A DNA stretch of 64,000 nt. Source: a virus. Numbering within the stretch: position 1 is the first letter of the stretch; each line of letters begins with the position of its first letter. The DNA is taken from IMG/VR virus record IMGVR_UViG_3300029996_000158. One strand, 5' to 3'. The position numbers and the translations under genes were made by a program. Below the pieces are notes generated by a model. It was given only the letters and a program-made list of their open reading frames with translations. It made no database searches and was not told the DNA's origin. Of the stretch, positions 35,748 to 45,777 are shown in pieces.

Positions 35748-37202
35748 ATGCCAAATTATGTTGATACCATGGTACTTGGAAATGGACATAGTATATTAAT
35801 GTCCCATGTACCTAACCATCATGAAGAAATTTCTAATAGGTTTTTTAGTGAAGCTAAACCTAATAAAGATTCAATAGACCAATTTGGTCTATTCGGTTCA
35901 GGGGCTAATTATAATACTTTTTATCAAGATGTAGACCCAGAAGATTTATATCCCAGTGATGAAGAGTTTATAGAACCAATGTTTAGGTTACTTTCAGCTT
36001 GTATAGTTTCTAAGAACTATATGCCAACTGAATTTCCAAAAAGTGTTCTTAAAGCTTCAATGAATCTTTTAGTTGGTCAAACAGTAAATTGTGACCATGA
36101 AACTGATATAGCAAATGCTATTGGCTCTGTTAAATCAGTTTCATGGCAAGAATCATATACAGTTGATGGAGTAACTATTCCTGCTGGTATAAATGGGGTA
36201 TTAAAAATAGATGGTAAATCTAATCCAAGAATTGCAAGAGGTATAAATATGGACCCACCGTCTATACATTCAAATTCAGTAACAGTTCAATTTGAATGGA
36301 AACCTTCTCATAGTTTTGAAAAAGAGTGGGAATTTTATGATAAATTAGGTACCATAGCTGAAGATGGTACAATGGTAAGAAGAATTGCCACAAGAATTAT
36401 ATCATATAAGGAAACTTCATTAGTATCCCATGGAGCTGACCCATTTGCTCAACTAATAAAAGATAATAAAATAAATAACCCAGCTTATGCTGGTTCTGTT
36501 TATTATTCATTTTCAGAAGCCCCTATAAAGAAAGAAGACCTTCCAAAGAAACTCTCTTTCTTTGAATTCAAAGGGGCCCATGAAGTTGATATAATGTACA
36601 ATACCAGTAAATTTATTAATGAAAATAATAATACTAACCCAAAAGATAAACCTATAATGAATGAATTAGAAAAATTTCTAGAATCATTATTTGGTGATGG
36701 TATGTTAACTCTACAAGAGGGGGCAACCATTAGTCAAGAAATGGTTCTCTCTCAGATTAGAACAATTGTATCTGAGAATTCTAGTTTATCTGAAGCTAAA
36801 ACAAATGCTGAGGATAATATTGATAAATTAAATGGTGAAATAAATACCTTAAAAGAAACCATTGAATCAAATAAATTGATGGTTACTATTGGTACTAATT
36901 ATTTAACTGAGGTAAGAAATAATGCAATTTCCTCCTATAAAAAGCTTGTTGGTGAAGATAAAGTAGATGAAAATATTATCTCTTTATTGGAATCCAATAC
37001 TACAAGTATTGAGACTCTTATATCACTTACCAAAACCTATGATTTACAATTAGAAGAAAAATTCCCCATTGTTTGTAAAGAATGTGGTTCTAAAAATGTA
37101 AGCAGAGCTTCTTCAGTAACAAAAGATGATGAATCAGAAGTTAAAAATTCTGAGGATTTAAGCTCTACAATTAAAAATCTTGCTGATTCCAAATTAAAAT
37201 AA
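35748..37202 (+). CDS. prohead protease and/or scaffolding protein candidate
   Basis: Lies between the portal and capsid genes. C-terminal coiled-coil-like region and a CKECGSKN motif. No confident catalytic motif was seen. Confidence 0.4.
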   Translation: MPNYVDTMVLGNGHSILMSHVPNHHEEISNRFFSEAKPNKDSIDQFGLFGSGANYNTFYQDVDPEDLYPSDEEFIEPMFRLLSACIVSKNYMPTEFPKSVLKASMNLLVGQTVNCDHETDIANAIGSVKSVSWQESYTVDGVTIPAGINGVLKIDGKSNPRIARGINMDPPSIHSNSVTVQFEWKPSHSFEKEWEFYDKLGTIAEDGTMVRRIATRIISYKETSLVSHGADPFAQLIKDNKINNPAYAGSVYYSFSEAPIKKEDLPKKLSFFEFKGAHEVDIMYNTSKFINENNNTNPKDKPIMNELEKFLESLFGDGMLTLQEGATISQEMVLSQIRTIVSENSSLSEAKTNAEDNIDKLNGEINTLKETIESNKLMVTIGTNYLTEVRNNAISSYKKLVGEDKVDENIISLLESNTTSIETLISLTKTYDLQLEEKFPIVCKECGSKNVSRASSVTKDDESEVKNSEDLSSTIKNLADSKLK

Positions 37203-37214
37203 TATAAGAAGACT

Positions 37215-37694
37215 ATGATGCCTTATGTAAATCCCGAAGCAATGACTGCTGTTGGGAGTAAAACTAAACAAACAGTAATTTATAAAAGTGAGTCTCATAA
37301 ATTGCATCAAGCATTCCCAGTGAAGAAGGGGGAGACTATACTTCAAGGTCAACCAGTACAATTGAATACTGATGGTACCATACAAGCTTATTTTGGTACT
37401 GGTATTTATTTGGGTATTGCTGTTACAGATACCCAATATCCTGCTTATCCTGTTGGGGAAAAAATTCCTGAGGTAACGGTAATGGTAGAAGCCTTTGCTA
37501 TTGTATATGGAGTAGCTGGTGAAGTAATGGCTACATGTGGTGCTGTACTTCCCAATAAACTTGATGAAGATAGCATATATGTAACTTATATGTTGGATGA
37601 TGAAACTTCTTCAACAACAAAAGCTAATCCTAAATTTGTTAACTTGAATACTGCAGCTGCTGTTGATGATTTAATTGCAGTAATGGTTCGATAA
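37215..37694 (+). CDS. head decoration / DUF2190-like protein candidate
   Basis: Small ORF directly upstream of the major capsid gene; the segment GETILQGQPVQLNTDGTIQAY resembles that family. Confidence 0.4.
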   Translation: MMPYVNPEAMTAVGSKTKQTVIYKSESHKLHQAFPVKKGETILQGQPVQLNTDGTIQAYFGTGIYLGIAVTDTQYPAYPVGEKIPEVTVMVEAFAIVYGVAGEVMATCGAVLPNKLDEDSIYVTYMLDDETSSTTKANPKFVNLNTAAAVDDLIAVMVR

Positions 37695-37711
37695 AAAACA
37701 TTAAAAACAAT

Positions 37712-38827
37712 ATGGAAGATATAACTAAAATGAAAGCACAAGACTTCACCAAAGAGTTGAGGTCAATTGTACAACTTTTGGATGCTACTCGTGCTGGTCA
37801 CCAAAATCAAAGACCTGTTGATATTTCACTAAGTGAATTAGTAACAAATCGTTATGGACTATCAATTCAGGATTATTATGATAAGATTGGCATTAATCCT
37901 AAAAAGGATACTATGCAGAATATCTTTACAATGCCTGACCAAGATATCCGTTGGATTGTTCCTGAAATTATCCGTGAAGCTATTTATTTAGGTATTAAGG
38001 AAGCACCCTTCTACCCTAATATCATTTCTTCTGACCAAGCTATCAATGGTTTACAAGCAATCATGCCTATGATTAATCCTTCAGATGCTGCACCTGCAAG
38101 AGTTAATGAGGCTGAAACAATTCCTCTTGGGGATGTAAGCTTTGGTCAAAAAACAGTAAGACTTTTCAAAATTGGTAAAGGTTTCAAAATTACTGAAGAG
38201 GTTAAGAATTATGTATCTCTTGATGTAATGGGGATTTTTATCCGTGACTTTGGTATTCAATTGGGTTATGCCCTTGATACTTTGGCTATGGATGTACTAA
38301 TCAATGGTAATCAAGCTGATGGTTCTGAATCTGCACCAGTAATTGGAGTAAATACTACTGCAGAAGGTATTACTTATAAAGACCTCCTTAGAACTTGGGT
38401 TCGTGGTTCTCGTCTTGGTCGTACATTCCGTACTTTGATTGGGGATGAATCAGTAGCAATTGATATTCTTGACCTTCCTGAATTCAAAATCAAAATGTAT
38501 GGTCAACCTCAATCCACAATGAATTTGAAAACTCCTGTTCCCAGCAGTTCTGATTTCTATATTCACCCGGGAGTACCCGAAAACAATGTATTGTTAGTAG
38601 ACCCCCGTTCTGCATTGATTAAACTTACAGCTCGTCAATTGATGATTGAATCTGAAAAGATTGTATCTAATCAAACTGAAGCTGTATATGCTACTATCAC
38701 TACTGGTTTCTCCAAGATGTACAGAGATGCTTCAATATTGATTGATTCTACTAAGGAATTTAGTACAAATGGATTCCCTGAATGGATGAATATTGACCCC
38801 TATATTACTGTAAACATTGAACAGTAA
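37712..38827 (+). CDS. major capsid protein (HK97-fold candidate)
   Basis: 371 aa in the capsid position. C-terminal pattern LLVDPRSALIKL..EAVYATITTGF. Followed by a hairpin. Confidence 0.65.
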   Translation: MEDITKMKAQDFTKELRSIVQLLDATRAGHQNQRPVDISLSELVTNRYGLSIQDYYDKIGINPKKDTMQNIFTMPDQDIRWIVPEIIREAIYLGIKEAPFYPNIISSDQAINGLQAIMPMINPSDAAPARVNEAETIPLGDVSFGQKTVRLFKIGKGFKITEEVKNYVSLDVMGIFIRDFGIQLGYALDTLAMDVLINGNQADGSESAPVIGVNTTAEGITYKDLLRTWVRGSRLGRTFRTLIGDESVAIDILDLPEFKIKMYGQPQSTMNLKTPVPSSSDFYIHPGVPENNVLLVDPRSALIKLTARQLMIESEKIVSNQTEAVYATITTGFSKMYRDASILIDSTKEFSTNGFPEWMNIDPYITVNIEQ

Positions 38828-38856
38828 TCCCTCTTTCATAAATATATAAACAAAAG

Positions 38857-38893
38857 ATACCTGGTATTCCATAAATAAATGGGTACCAGGTAT
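38857..38893 (+). terminator. hairpin after the capsid gene (terminator or attenuator)
   Basis: ATACCTGGTA / TACCAGGTAT 10-bp stem with a weak U tract. Confidence 0.55.
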
Positions 38894-38923
38894 TACAATT
38901 TAATTCTTTAAATCAAATCAATT

Positions 38924-39328
38924 ATGAGTACAAAAGTAAAAGTGGGTACAAAAGCTTATATATTTCACGACCCCTCAACTGGTATTACAGTTAAAAAAGG
39001 TGAAATAAAAGAGTTAACAGTTGCCCAATATAATTCCAAAAGAATCCGTTCTGCTATCAATGGTGGTCATTTGGTAATTACAAATGAAAATATTGAAAAA
39101 GAGATTCAGAAAGATGTAAAGGTTGATAATAAAAAAGCCATTGAAAAATTTAAAGAAATGGTAGAATCTGGTATGACCAGTGAAAAAATTGCAAAGGCTT
39201 TTAATTTAGATACCTTAAAAACAATGGCAGCTTCTTTCGATATTGAAGTAACAGATGAAGATACTAAACTATCCATTGTTGAGGCTTTATTGGAAGAAGA
39301 AGAGGAAGAAGAATCCCAAGAAGATTAA
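38924..39328 (+). CDS. hypothetical virion-module protein
   Basis: ORF with an acidic C-terminus (LLEEEEEEESQED). Confidence 0.55.
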   Translation: MSTKVKVGTKAYIFHDPSTGITVKKGEIKELTVAQYNSKRIRSAINGGHLVITNENIEKEIQKDVKVDNKKAIEKFKEMVESGMTSEKIAKAFNLDTLKTMAASFDIEVTDEDTKLSIVEALLEEEEEEESQED

Positions 39329-39340
39329 AAAAATTAAACT

Positions 39341-40219
39341 ATGGTAGTTGATTTTATATTCAACACTGTAGGGTTAAAATCAAATTTTATAAACCTATCA
39401 TATGAAGTCCCAGATGAGTATACCTACTCCTGGGACTTTGGTGATGGGGGAACCTCAACTGAATTGAACCCTACACATGAATATCAGAAAATGGGTTTTT
39501 ATAGGGTTTCAATGTCAATTGTTGATTCCAATAATAGACCAGTAGAAAAGGTAACAAAAACTGTTTTGATATCTGATAAAGTAAAAACCCATTTATCAAA
39601 CAGTATATATGTGTTGATTAATACTTATATACCTTATTCAATATTTGGAAAGGTACCATCAAGTGTTAAACAACAATTTATTGAGAAATGGCAATTATAT
39701 ATTCAGCCACTAGTAAATCATGAAATTCCAGTAGAAGATTTTAATAATGAACTTTATTATGAAGCTCTAGAAAATCAATTAATAATGGAATTGGCTGCTT
39801 ATGATTATATGATATTAAACATTCAAAATGTAATCAATGCTACTTCTCAAACCATTATAAAAGATAATTCACAAGGTTCAGAATGTGGGGGGGAATATTC
39901 TTCCCAAAGTTCTGGTTCCTCATCAGATACATCCTCTGCATCTGGAGGTTCAATAAAAAAGATTGTAACTGGACCAACAGAAGTAGAATATTTTAATGAT
40001 ACAGAATCTGAAAAAGATTTTATATCAAACATAACCAAAGCAACCCAACCAGGGGGTTTCATAGATATACTGAAACAAAATTTATGTATGCTAGCAGGAA
40101 GGTTAGATATATATCTACCAATCTGTGAAAACCAAACTATGGTTGTAGTACCAAGAGTGGTAAATAGAAGGAGACCAAGATTATTAGATGGTCCAGACCC
40201 ATTAGAAGTATTGAGGTAA
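39341..40219 (+). CDS. PKD-domain protein
   Basis: YSWDFGDGGTSTELNPTHEYQKMGFYRVSMSIVD matches the PKD consensus. Confidence 0.65.
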   Translation: MVVDFIFNTVGLKSNFINLSYEVPDEYTYSWDFGDGGTSTELNPTHEYQKMGFYRVSMSIVDSNNRPVEKVTKTVLISDKVKTHLSNSIYVLINTYIPYSIFGKVPSSVKQQFIEKWQLYIQPLVNHEIPVEDFNNELYYEALENQLIMELAAYDYMILNIQNVINATSQTIIKDNSQGSECGGEYSSQSSGSSSDTSSASGGSIKKIVTGPTEVEYFNDTESEKDFISNITKATQPGGFIDILKQNLCMLAGRLDIYLPICENQTMVVVPRVVNRRRPRLLDGPDPLEVLR

Positions 40220-40220
40220 T

Positions 40221-40784
40221 ATGCCAAAAATTAGCAGAATGTCCCAAAAAGATTGGGATAAATATAAATCCATAATAAATAACTTCATAGATGTAGATGC
40301 TGGTAAACAACCATTTCTATGGTTAAGAAAAATAAACCAACCATTAGCTTTTGGTGAAGATGTTGGAGTTAAATATGTACCTTATCAATTAGAAGGGTTA
40401 TTCCAATATAATTTTATTAAAACCTGGGCATCATCTGGAAGAAATTCCATTTCTGGTGAACTAGATAATGGTAATTTGGTTTTATATATTTCTGCTAATC
40501 TTCTAAGGGAAAACAGTTTGTTGAATAAATATGGGTATTGGGATTTTAATTGGTCCGAAGATAGGTTTATATTAAATGGAAAGGTATATAAACCATCTGG
40601 AGATACCCAAGTTGCACAAGCTTCAGATGAAGCCCTTTTATTCTTTATCATATTAGATAGAGAAGACCCACAAGAGAATGAAGATATTTTACAATCTTAT
40701 GTATCAGATACTACCATAATAAGTTCTGGAAAACAATCCATAATAAGAAATACAAATGGTAGAAAAGTTTATGAAATAATTTGA
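40221..40784 (+). CDS. hypothetical virion-module protein
   Basis: Starts 2 nt after the upstream stop. Confidence 0.55.
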   Translation: MPKISRMSQKDWDKYKSIINNFIDVDAGKQPFLWLRKINQPLAFGEDVGVKYVPYQLEGLFQYNFIKTWASSGRNSISGELDNGNLVLYISANLLRENSLLNKYGYWDFNWSEDRFILNGKVYKPSGDTQVAQASDEALLFFIILDREDPQENEDILQSYVSDTTIISSGKQSIIRNTNGRKVYEII

Positions 40785-40785
40785 T

Positions 40786-41148
40786 ATGGAAAATCAAGTA
40801 GTACAACAACCATTTTGGGCAGATTTTAAAATTAAAGTAGGTTTATATGCAAAACAAGAAGAAAATGGGGAGACCAAAAAAGTATTGATTGACCCAAAAG
40901 ATATACAGTTTAAATTTACTTATAAAGATGCAAAGGATAACCAGTTGGTTGCTAGTTATGATGGTACTACAAGAGTAAATCATAAGATTGAAGATAATCA
41001 TATTATAGTGATTGTAAATTCAAATACCTTTCAATGTGGGATATTAAGGGTAACTAGAGCATTCAATACCCCAGATTCTGATTTTAATGATGGGATTTGG
41101 GATTATGGAGATAAAACTGAATATACCAATATAGAAATTGTATCATGA
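40786..41148 (+). CDS. hypothetical virion-module protein
   Basis: Tightly packed ORF. Confidence 0.55.
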   Translation: MENQVVQQPFWADFKIKVGLYAKQEENGETKKVLIDPKDIQFKFTYKDAKDNQLVASYDGTTRVNHKIEDNHIIVIVNSNTFQCGILRVTRAFNTPDSDFNDGIWDYGDKTEYTNIEIVS

Positions 41149-42551
41149 ATGTTATTATAGAAGAAGAGGTATTAGTTCCAGATGTACCAATAATAGAGGA
41201 GCAAGTACTTTATCCTTCAAACCCAATTTCTGTAGAAGAAGAGGTATTAGTTCCAGCTATTGTTCAAGAAGTACAAAGACAATATAAATTAGACCCATTA
41301 TGGGATAGTCTTGAAGAAACTCCAAAAAACCATATACAGATGATTGTATATAAGGGGAGAGATGAAGATTATGATGTGTCTTTTTGGTTTTATGACCAAA
41401 ATATACGTGTAGATTGGGGTGATGGTATTATTGAAGATTTTGTAAATAGTAAGGCTGGACTTGATAGAGTAAATCATAAATTTGTTGATGGAAGTGGTAA
41501 GTTAGATAGTAATGGTGAAAGATTTTGGTTTGTAGATATTACTATCATTAAAGATAATATTGCTTACAATACTTTTAACTTATCAAACTATAACAATAAT
41601 CGAGATTATAGTAAATCCATTATAAAAGCAGTATCAATAAATAGAGAAGGGTTGTATACCAATTTGATAATTTCTGATATTTCCCAACAATATCCTCCCT
41701 ATGTAGAATATGTAAGAGTTCATGGTAACTATATAATTTTCAGGAATGATAATTTGAGTTCCAAATTTATAAAAGAGATAAGATTTGATAGTAAGGATAT
41801 AAGGTTTGAAAAATTACTTGGGAGTACCTTTCCAAATAATTATCCAGGTTATCCAATAAATATATTTAATCATAAGCTAATAGGCTCATATGGTAATGCT
41901 GTATTTGCTAATGCATATTCCCCTATATTATTAAATAAATCTTATGACTTGCGTAAATTTACTTTTTTCTCTCTATCAAGTTTGTTTGAAGGTAATACAA
42001 TTGTAGAAGAAATATATTTACCAGAAATTTGTAGTGAGAATTGGAAGTCACTTGGTTATATGTTAAAAGGTTGTATAAGACTTAGAAAATTAGTTTTCCC
42101 AAAAGACCATACATTATTCTCCTATATAAATGATTTAACAGCTTCTTTTGGGTTATTATATAATTTAGAAGAAATAGAAAATTTCCCAAATGAGAGTATT
42201 GGGAAATTTTCTGATAAAGCCATAATATGTACTGGATTTAATTTTTTTAAATATAGTATGGGTTTTGGTAATGATAAGATAAAATTGAGGTGTTTTATTG
42301 CCAATGATTCATATATAAATTCATTACAATTCAGCAATGAATCACCATTTGATTATGGGAGTACTCATATAAATTTATTAAGAGCCAAATTTGAAAAAGA
42401 TAGCTTATTATCATTATTTAATAGGTTACCAGATTTTACAAATTCAAATAGTAGAACTATTAACATAGTAGATAATCCGGGGACATCTGAACTTATGGAA
42501 GAAGATATAAAGATAGCTACGGATAAAAATTGGGTTGTAATTACCAAATGA
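41145..42551 (+). CDS. leucine-rich-repeat (BspA-like) protein candidate
   Basis: ATGA overlap. The C-terminal half has repeats such as LFEGNTIVEEIYLPE and LKGCIRLRKLVFP. N-terminal VDWGDG motif. Confidence 0.5.
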   Translation: MNVIIEEEVLVPDVPIIEEQVLYPSNPISVEEEVLVPAIVQEVQRQYKLDPLWDSLEETPKNHIQMIVYKGRDEDYDVSFWFYDQNIRVDWGDGIIEDFVNSKAGLDRVNHKFVDGSGKLDSNGERFWFVDITIIKDNIAYNTFNLSNYNNNRDYSKSIIKAVSINREGLYTNLIISDISQQYPPYVEYVRVHGNYIIFRNDNLSSKFIKEIRFDSKDIRFEKLLGSTFPNNYPGYPINIFNHKLIGSYGNAVFANAYSPILLNKSYDLRKFTFFSLSSLFEGNTIVEEIYLPEICSENWKSLGYMLKGCIRLRKLVFPKDHTLFSYINDLTASFGLLYNLEEIENFPNESIGKFSDKAIICTGFNFFKYSMGFGNDKIKLRCFIANDSYINSLQFSNESPFDYGSTHINLLRAKFEKDSLLSLFNRLPDFTNSNSRTINIVDNPGTSELMEEDIKIATDKNWVVITK

Positions 42552-42552
42552 T

Positions 42553-42747
42553 ATGAAACATTTAGTATCAAAAGAAGGATTCCTATTTGTGAACAAGGAT
42601 TTTACAAATGGAGTAATAATAGCAAGGGAATTATTTATACCAGATGATTATAATCTGGATTTATATATGGAATTACCAGAACAAGAAGCATTAGAATTAC
42701 AAGAAAAATATAATATAGAAAATGGGAACTATTATAATAACAGGTAA
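42553..42747 (+). CDS. hypothetical protein
   Basis: Small ORF 2 nt after the upstream stop. Confidence 0.45.
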   Translation: MKHLVSKEGFLFVNKDFTNGVIIARELFIPDDYNLDLYMELPEQEALELQEKYNIENGNYYNNR

Positions 42748-43591
42748 TAAAGGAAATGGAGGGGGACTCCCACCCCAACAAAAAATCGACGTGGTGGCGG
42801 AGGGGATTAAATTCTCTTATTCTACATTCGAGGAAGTACCCGAAGTATTCGATTTCTCGAATGTGACGGATTTGTCATTCATTTTTGACAACTGCAAATC
42901 TCTAATTTCTTTACCTTCAAACTTAAATTGGGGGAAAATGACTAATGTTGTGGCGGCTTTTCGTGGCACAACAAGTCTAAATGATGAAGTAAATATAGAG
43001 CCGTTAGATGTGCCGTCATTAGAAGGAATTTTTCAGAGAAGTAATATAAGTAAGATCTTAAATTTATCCGTTCAAAGTGCATATACCGCATTTAACGCCT
43101 TTGAAAGTTCAAAACTAACGGAAATAGGCAATATCGATTTACCGGATATCGTCACCGCAACATACGCTTTTTCAAATATTCCTATCGTTCATTTCCCGAA
43201 GATAAATATTCCGAAAATTGCTAATTGTAGCTTTATATTCTATAATAACCAATCCATGCAATCTCTTGAATACTGGGATTTTTCGAACGTAACAGAAGCA
43301 ACAAACATGTTCAAGGGCTGCTCGGCTTTATCGTCGATAGGCGATATCATCTTCTTACATACAGCTCTATCACTGGCAGATTCACCGAATATCGATGAAG
43401 AGACTTTGAATCGATTCGGAGGATTTGCCAATGCTGCCGGAGAAAGCGGTGTAGCTCCATTAAAAACTTTGGGACTACCGGCAGCTACGTTGACATTTAA
43501 CACGGCTGTACAAACTTATTTGGAAACAGAAGGTATCATAGCGAAACTGACAGATGAGAATTGGACGGTTAATTTCGCCGATTCGATGTAA
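42722..43591 (+). CDS. BspA/DUF285-type leucine-rich-repeat surface protein
   Basis: Repeated FSNVTDLSFIFDNCKSL and WDFSNVTEATNMFKGCSAL units. The coding sequence is CpG- and GC-enriched relative to its neighbours. Confidence 0.65.
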   Translation: MGTIIITGNKGNGGGLPPQQKIDVVAEGIKFSYSTFEEVPEVFDFSNVTDLSFIFDNCKSLISLPSNLNWGKMTNVVAAFRGTTSLNDEVNIEPLDVPSLEGIFQRSNISKILNLSVQSAYTAFNAFESSKLTEIGNIDLPDIVTATYAFSNIPIVHFPKINIPKIANCSFIFYNNQSMQSLEYWDFSNVTEATNMFKGCSALSSIGDIIFLHTALSLADSPNIDEETLNRFGGFANAAGESGVAPLKTLGLPAATLTFNTAVQTYLETEGIIAKLTDENWTVNFADSM

Positions 43592-43890
43592 ACGGGAAAA
43601 TGAACAAAAGAACACAATCGAACAAAACCACATAAAAAACAAATACCCATGAATATAGAAGAAAAAACCTATCAAAAGATTACTCCTGCAACGGAAGGTA
43701 ATTACCTGACTACCTACCAAGAAGGCGATGATATAAAGACTTACGAGGGAGTAAAAGCGATGTACACGCCAGCAGACTTCGACGCTTCGTCCGTAAGGGA
43801 GATTACACCGGAGCAACATCTAAGCTACCAAAAAGCCAAAGAACAGGCTTTGCAAGAGGAAACAGAACAGGGAAATAATGCTTAATAATA
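42750..43890 (+). other. CpG/GC-enriched compositional island
   Basis: Hand count gives 6 CpG in 43141-43200, against 0 in typical 60-nt lines elsewhere. The island spans the DUF285-like ORF and the 43649 ORF. Confidence 0.7.
43649..43885 (+). CDS. hypothetical protein
   Basis: 78-aa ORF inside the CpG-rich island. Confidence 0.5.
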   Translation: MNIEEKTYQKITPATEGNYLTTYQEGDDIKTYEGVKAMYTPADFDASSVREITPEQHLSYQKAKEQALQEETEQGNNA

Positions 43891-43989
43891 TGGTTTTATC
43901 AAAATGATAAATATGTTAGAAAGAAGAGTAATATTTAGCAGTAGTGAACCTGATACCACTAGTAACCAATTAACCAGTACGATAATTCA

Positions 43990-44250
43990 ATGAAAAATCA
44001 AGGTAGAAAAAGTATAACACTAAGTCTTCAAGTTAGTGTAATTGGTAATATACCAAGTGGTAATTTTAAACTTGGTTCACCAAAGGAGGTATTTCTTATA
44101 AAGAATTTAACTGATGATACCTTAACATTAACAGTTAAACCTGCTGGTAATGAAGAGTTTATAGAAACTAAAGTATACCCTGGTTGGAATCCAGAAATTA
44201 TATCTGAAATTCAGGGTGCCCAAGAAAATCAACTTCAATATGGGTATTAA
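43990..44250 (+). CDS. hypothetical protein
   Basis: 86-aa ORF. A 29-codon ORF (43904-43993) overlaps its start by ATGA. Confidence 0.5.
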   Translation: MKNQGRKSITLSLQVSVIGNIPSGNFKLGSPKEVFLIKNLTDDTLTLTVKPAGNEEFIETKVYPGWNPEIISEIQGAQENQLQYGY

Positions 44251-44390
44251 ATAAAAAAAATGTCCCAACTTATTATTGGGGTAGGAGGAAGTCAGAAACA
44301 AAATGCTAATTTACCAACAAATGCGATTATATCTGATATGGTAAAGGCAATAGTAGTAACTGAATCTTAAGAAGTTTATTAGTAAATCAA

Positions 44391-44420
44391 TCCAGGTGGG
44401 ATTCCCACCTGGATTTTATC
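44391..44420 (+). terminator. rho-independent terminator
   Basis: TCCAGGTGGG / CCCACCTGGA 10-bp stem followed by TTTTATC. Confidence 0.85.
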
Positions 44421-44433
44421 AATTTAATAAGTT

Positions 44434-44748
44434 ATGCCAGAAAGTAAAGCAAACATAATTGCTGAAATACCATGGAATGATGGTTCAGGTGATAAACTTT
44501 ATGTTAGTTATGATAATAATGAAAAATCTCAAGTTATAAGCATAACATCTGATTATAATACTGGTTCAGACCCAAGAGATTTAATTGTAACTATACAAAC
44601 TAATACACCAAATGTGGAACCAACTAGTCAAGTAAAATTTTCTCTTCTAGTTACTCAAACAATAGATAATACAAGAGTAGTAGCCACATTTGATAACAAA
44701 AAATCCTTATATTCAAATACTTCTTCCCAATATGTAAAACAATCCTAA
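44434..44748 (+). CDS. small beta-rich protein, paralog A
   Basis: Shares IPW(N/G)DG.., ..(V/I)TSD(Y/K)NT.. and VATFD(N/S) with the next ORF. Confidence 0.6.
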   Translation: MPESKANIIAEIPWNDGSGDKLYVSYDNNEKSQVISITSDYNTGSDPRDLIVTIQTNTPNVEPTSQVKFSLLVTQTIDNTRVVATFDNKKSLYSNTSSQYVKQS

Positions 44749-44752
44749 TATT

Positions 44753-45040
44753 ATGGAGTATAAAATATCAATACCATGGGGAGATGGTACTAATCAATAT
44801 TTTTATCTTGATTTTTCTAAAATACAGGAAAATGACCAAGTCTTGGTTACATCAGATAAAAATACCATGGGTATTCAAAGAGTAAAAGTTATTGGGTTCA
44901 AAGGAATATCAGAAAAAGTTGATAATAATCAACCAATAGCTTATTTACAAGTATTACAACAAACAGATAATAGTATAGTAGCCACATTTGACAGTAATGT
45001 GAGCATATATGATGATAATAAAGCTTCATTTAAATATTAA
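44753..45040 (+). CDS. small beta-rich protein, paralog B
   Basis: Tandem paralog of 44434-44748. Confidence 0.6.
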   Translation: MEYKISIPWGDGTNQYFYLDFSKIQENDQVLVTSDKNTMGIQRVKVIGFKGISEKVDNNQPIAYLQVLQQTDNSIVATFDSNVSIYDDNKASFKY

Positions 45041-45060
45041 CCATAAAAAAATAAAATATT

Positions 45061-45765
45061 ATGCCAGAATTTAAAGACATATCAACATTTAATTCAGTAG
45101 TACCAGTTGGTACTGAAAAAATACAGGTATCAGCAGCTAATTGTGTAACCTTAATGGAAATTGCTAATCTTGGGAGTAAAACAGAGTGGTATAGCAATTT
45201 AGATAAAAGAATTACCCAAAATAGAGAAGATATGTTGGCTAATTATGAATTAGCCAATCAGGCTAATAATAAAGCAGTTGAAGCTATGGGTGATGCAGAA
45301 AGTGCATTAAATGGAGTATCAGCTGTTAGGTCACAAATAGTTTCAATATCTAATGGATACAAAGCTTTATCAAGTTATAATAATATCACCAGTACTATTA
45401 CTACGGTTACACTAGTTGGTAATAATGTTAATTTCATAAATAATACGTCAATTAAAACCATAATACTAAGCATTGACCAATGGGGAGCGAACCTTGGTTC
45501 GCTCCAAGACTCAGTAATATATATTCCTAGACGTAATGGAGTAGGGGGAATAGTTGAATGGAGTACTCCTAATAAGGTTAGTGGTATATATGGTAATCTT
45601 ACTGAAGTAGAGATGATGGTTTCAAGTTTAAATAACTGTTGGGTAAGATACCAAATAAATGTAGTAAAGAGTAAAAATGGGTCTGGTATGACTGGGTATG
45701 AATTGGTAATTATTGGTGATGTATTATTACCCAATCCCAATAAAGAAGTAATCGAACAAATGTAA
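45061..45765 (+). CDS. hypothetical virion protein (fibre/receptor-binding candidate)
   Basis: N-terminal coiled-coil-like region (NREDMLANYELANQANNKAVEAMGDAESALNG); assigned by position. Confidence 0.4.
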   Translation: MPEFKDISTFNSVVPVGTEKIQVSAANCVTLMEIANLGSKTEWYSNLDKRITQNREDMLANYELANQANNKAVEAMGDAESALNGVSAVRSQIVSISNGYKALSSYNNITSTITTVTLVGNNVNFINNTSIKTIILSIDQWGANLGSLQDSVIYIPRRNGVGGIVEWSTPNKVSGIYGNLTEVEMMVSSLNNCWVRYQINVVKSKNGSGMTGYELVIIGDVLLPNPNKEVIEQM

Positions 45766-45777
45766 TACATATCCATT

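Noticed and set aside
39847-40227. 126-aa minus-strand ORF. Similar antisense ORFs occur inside virion genes, for example 43475-43819, 45375-45818, 46269-46583 and 52076-52315.
   Set aside because: All are fully embedded antisense in longer + strand genes that have recognisable structural motifs.
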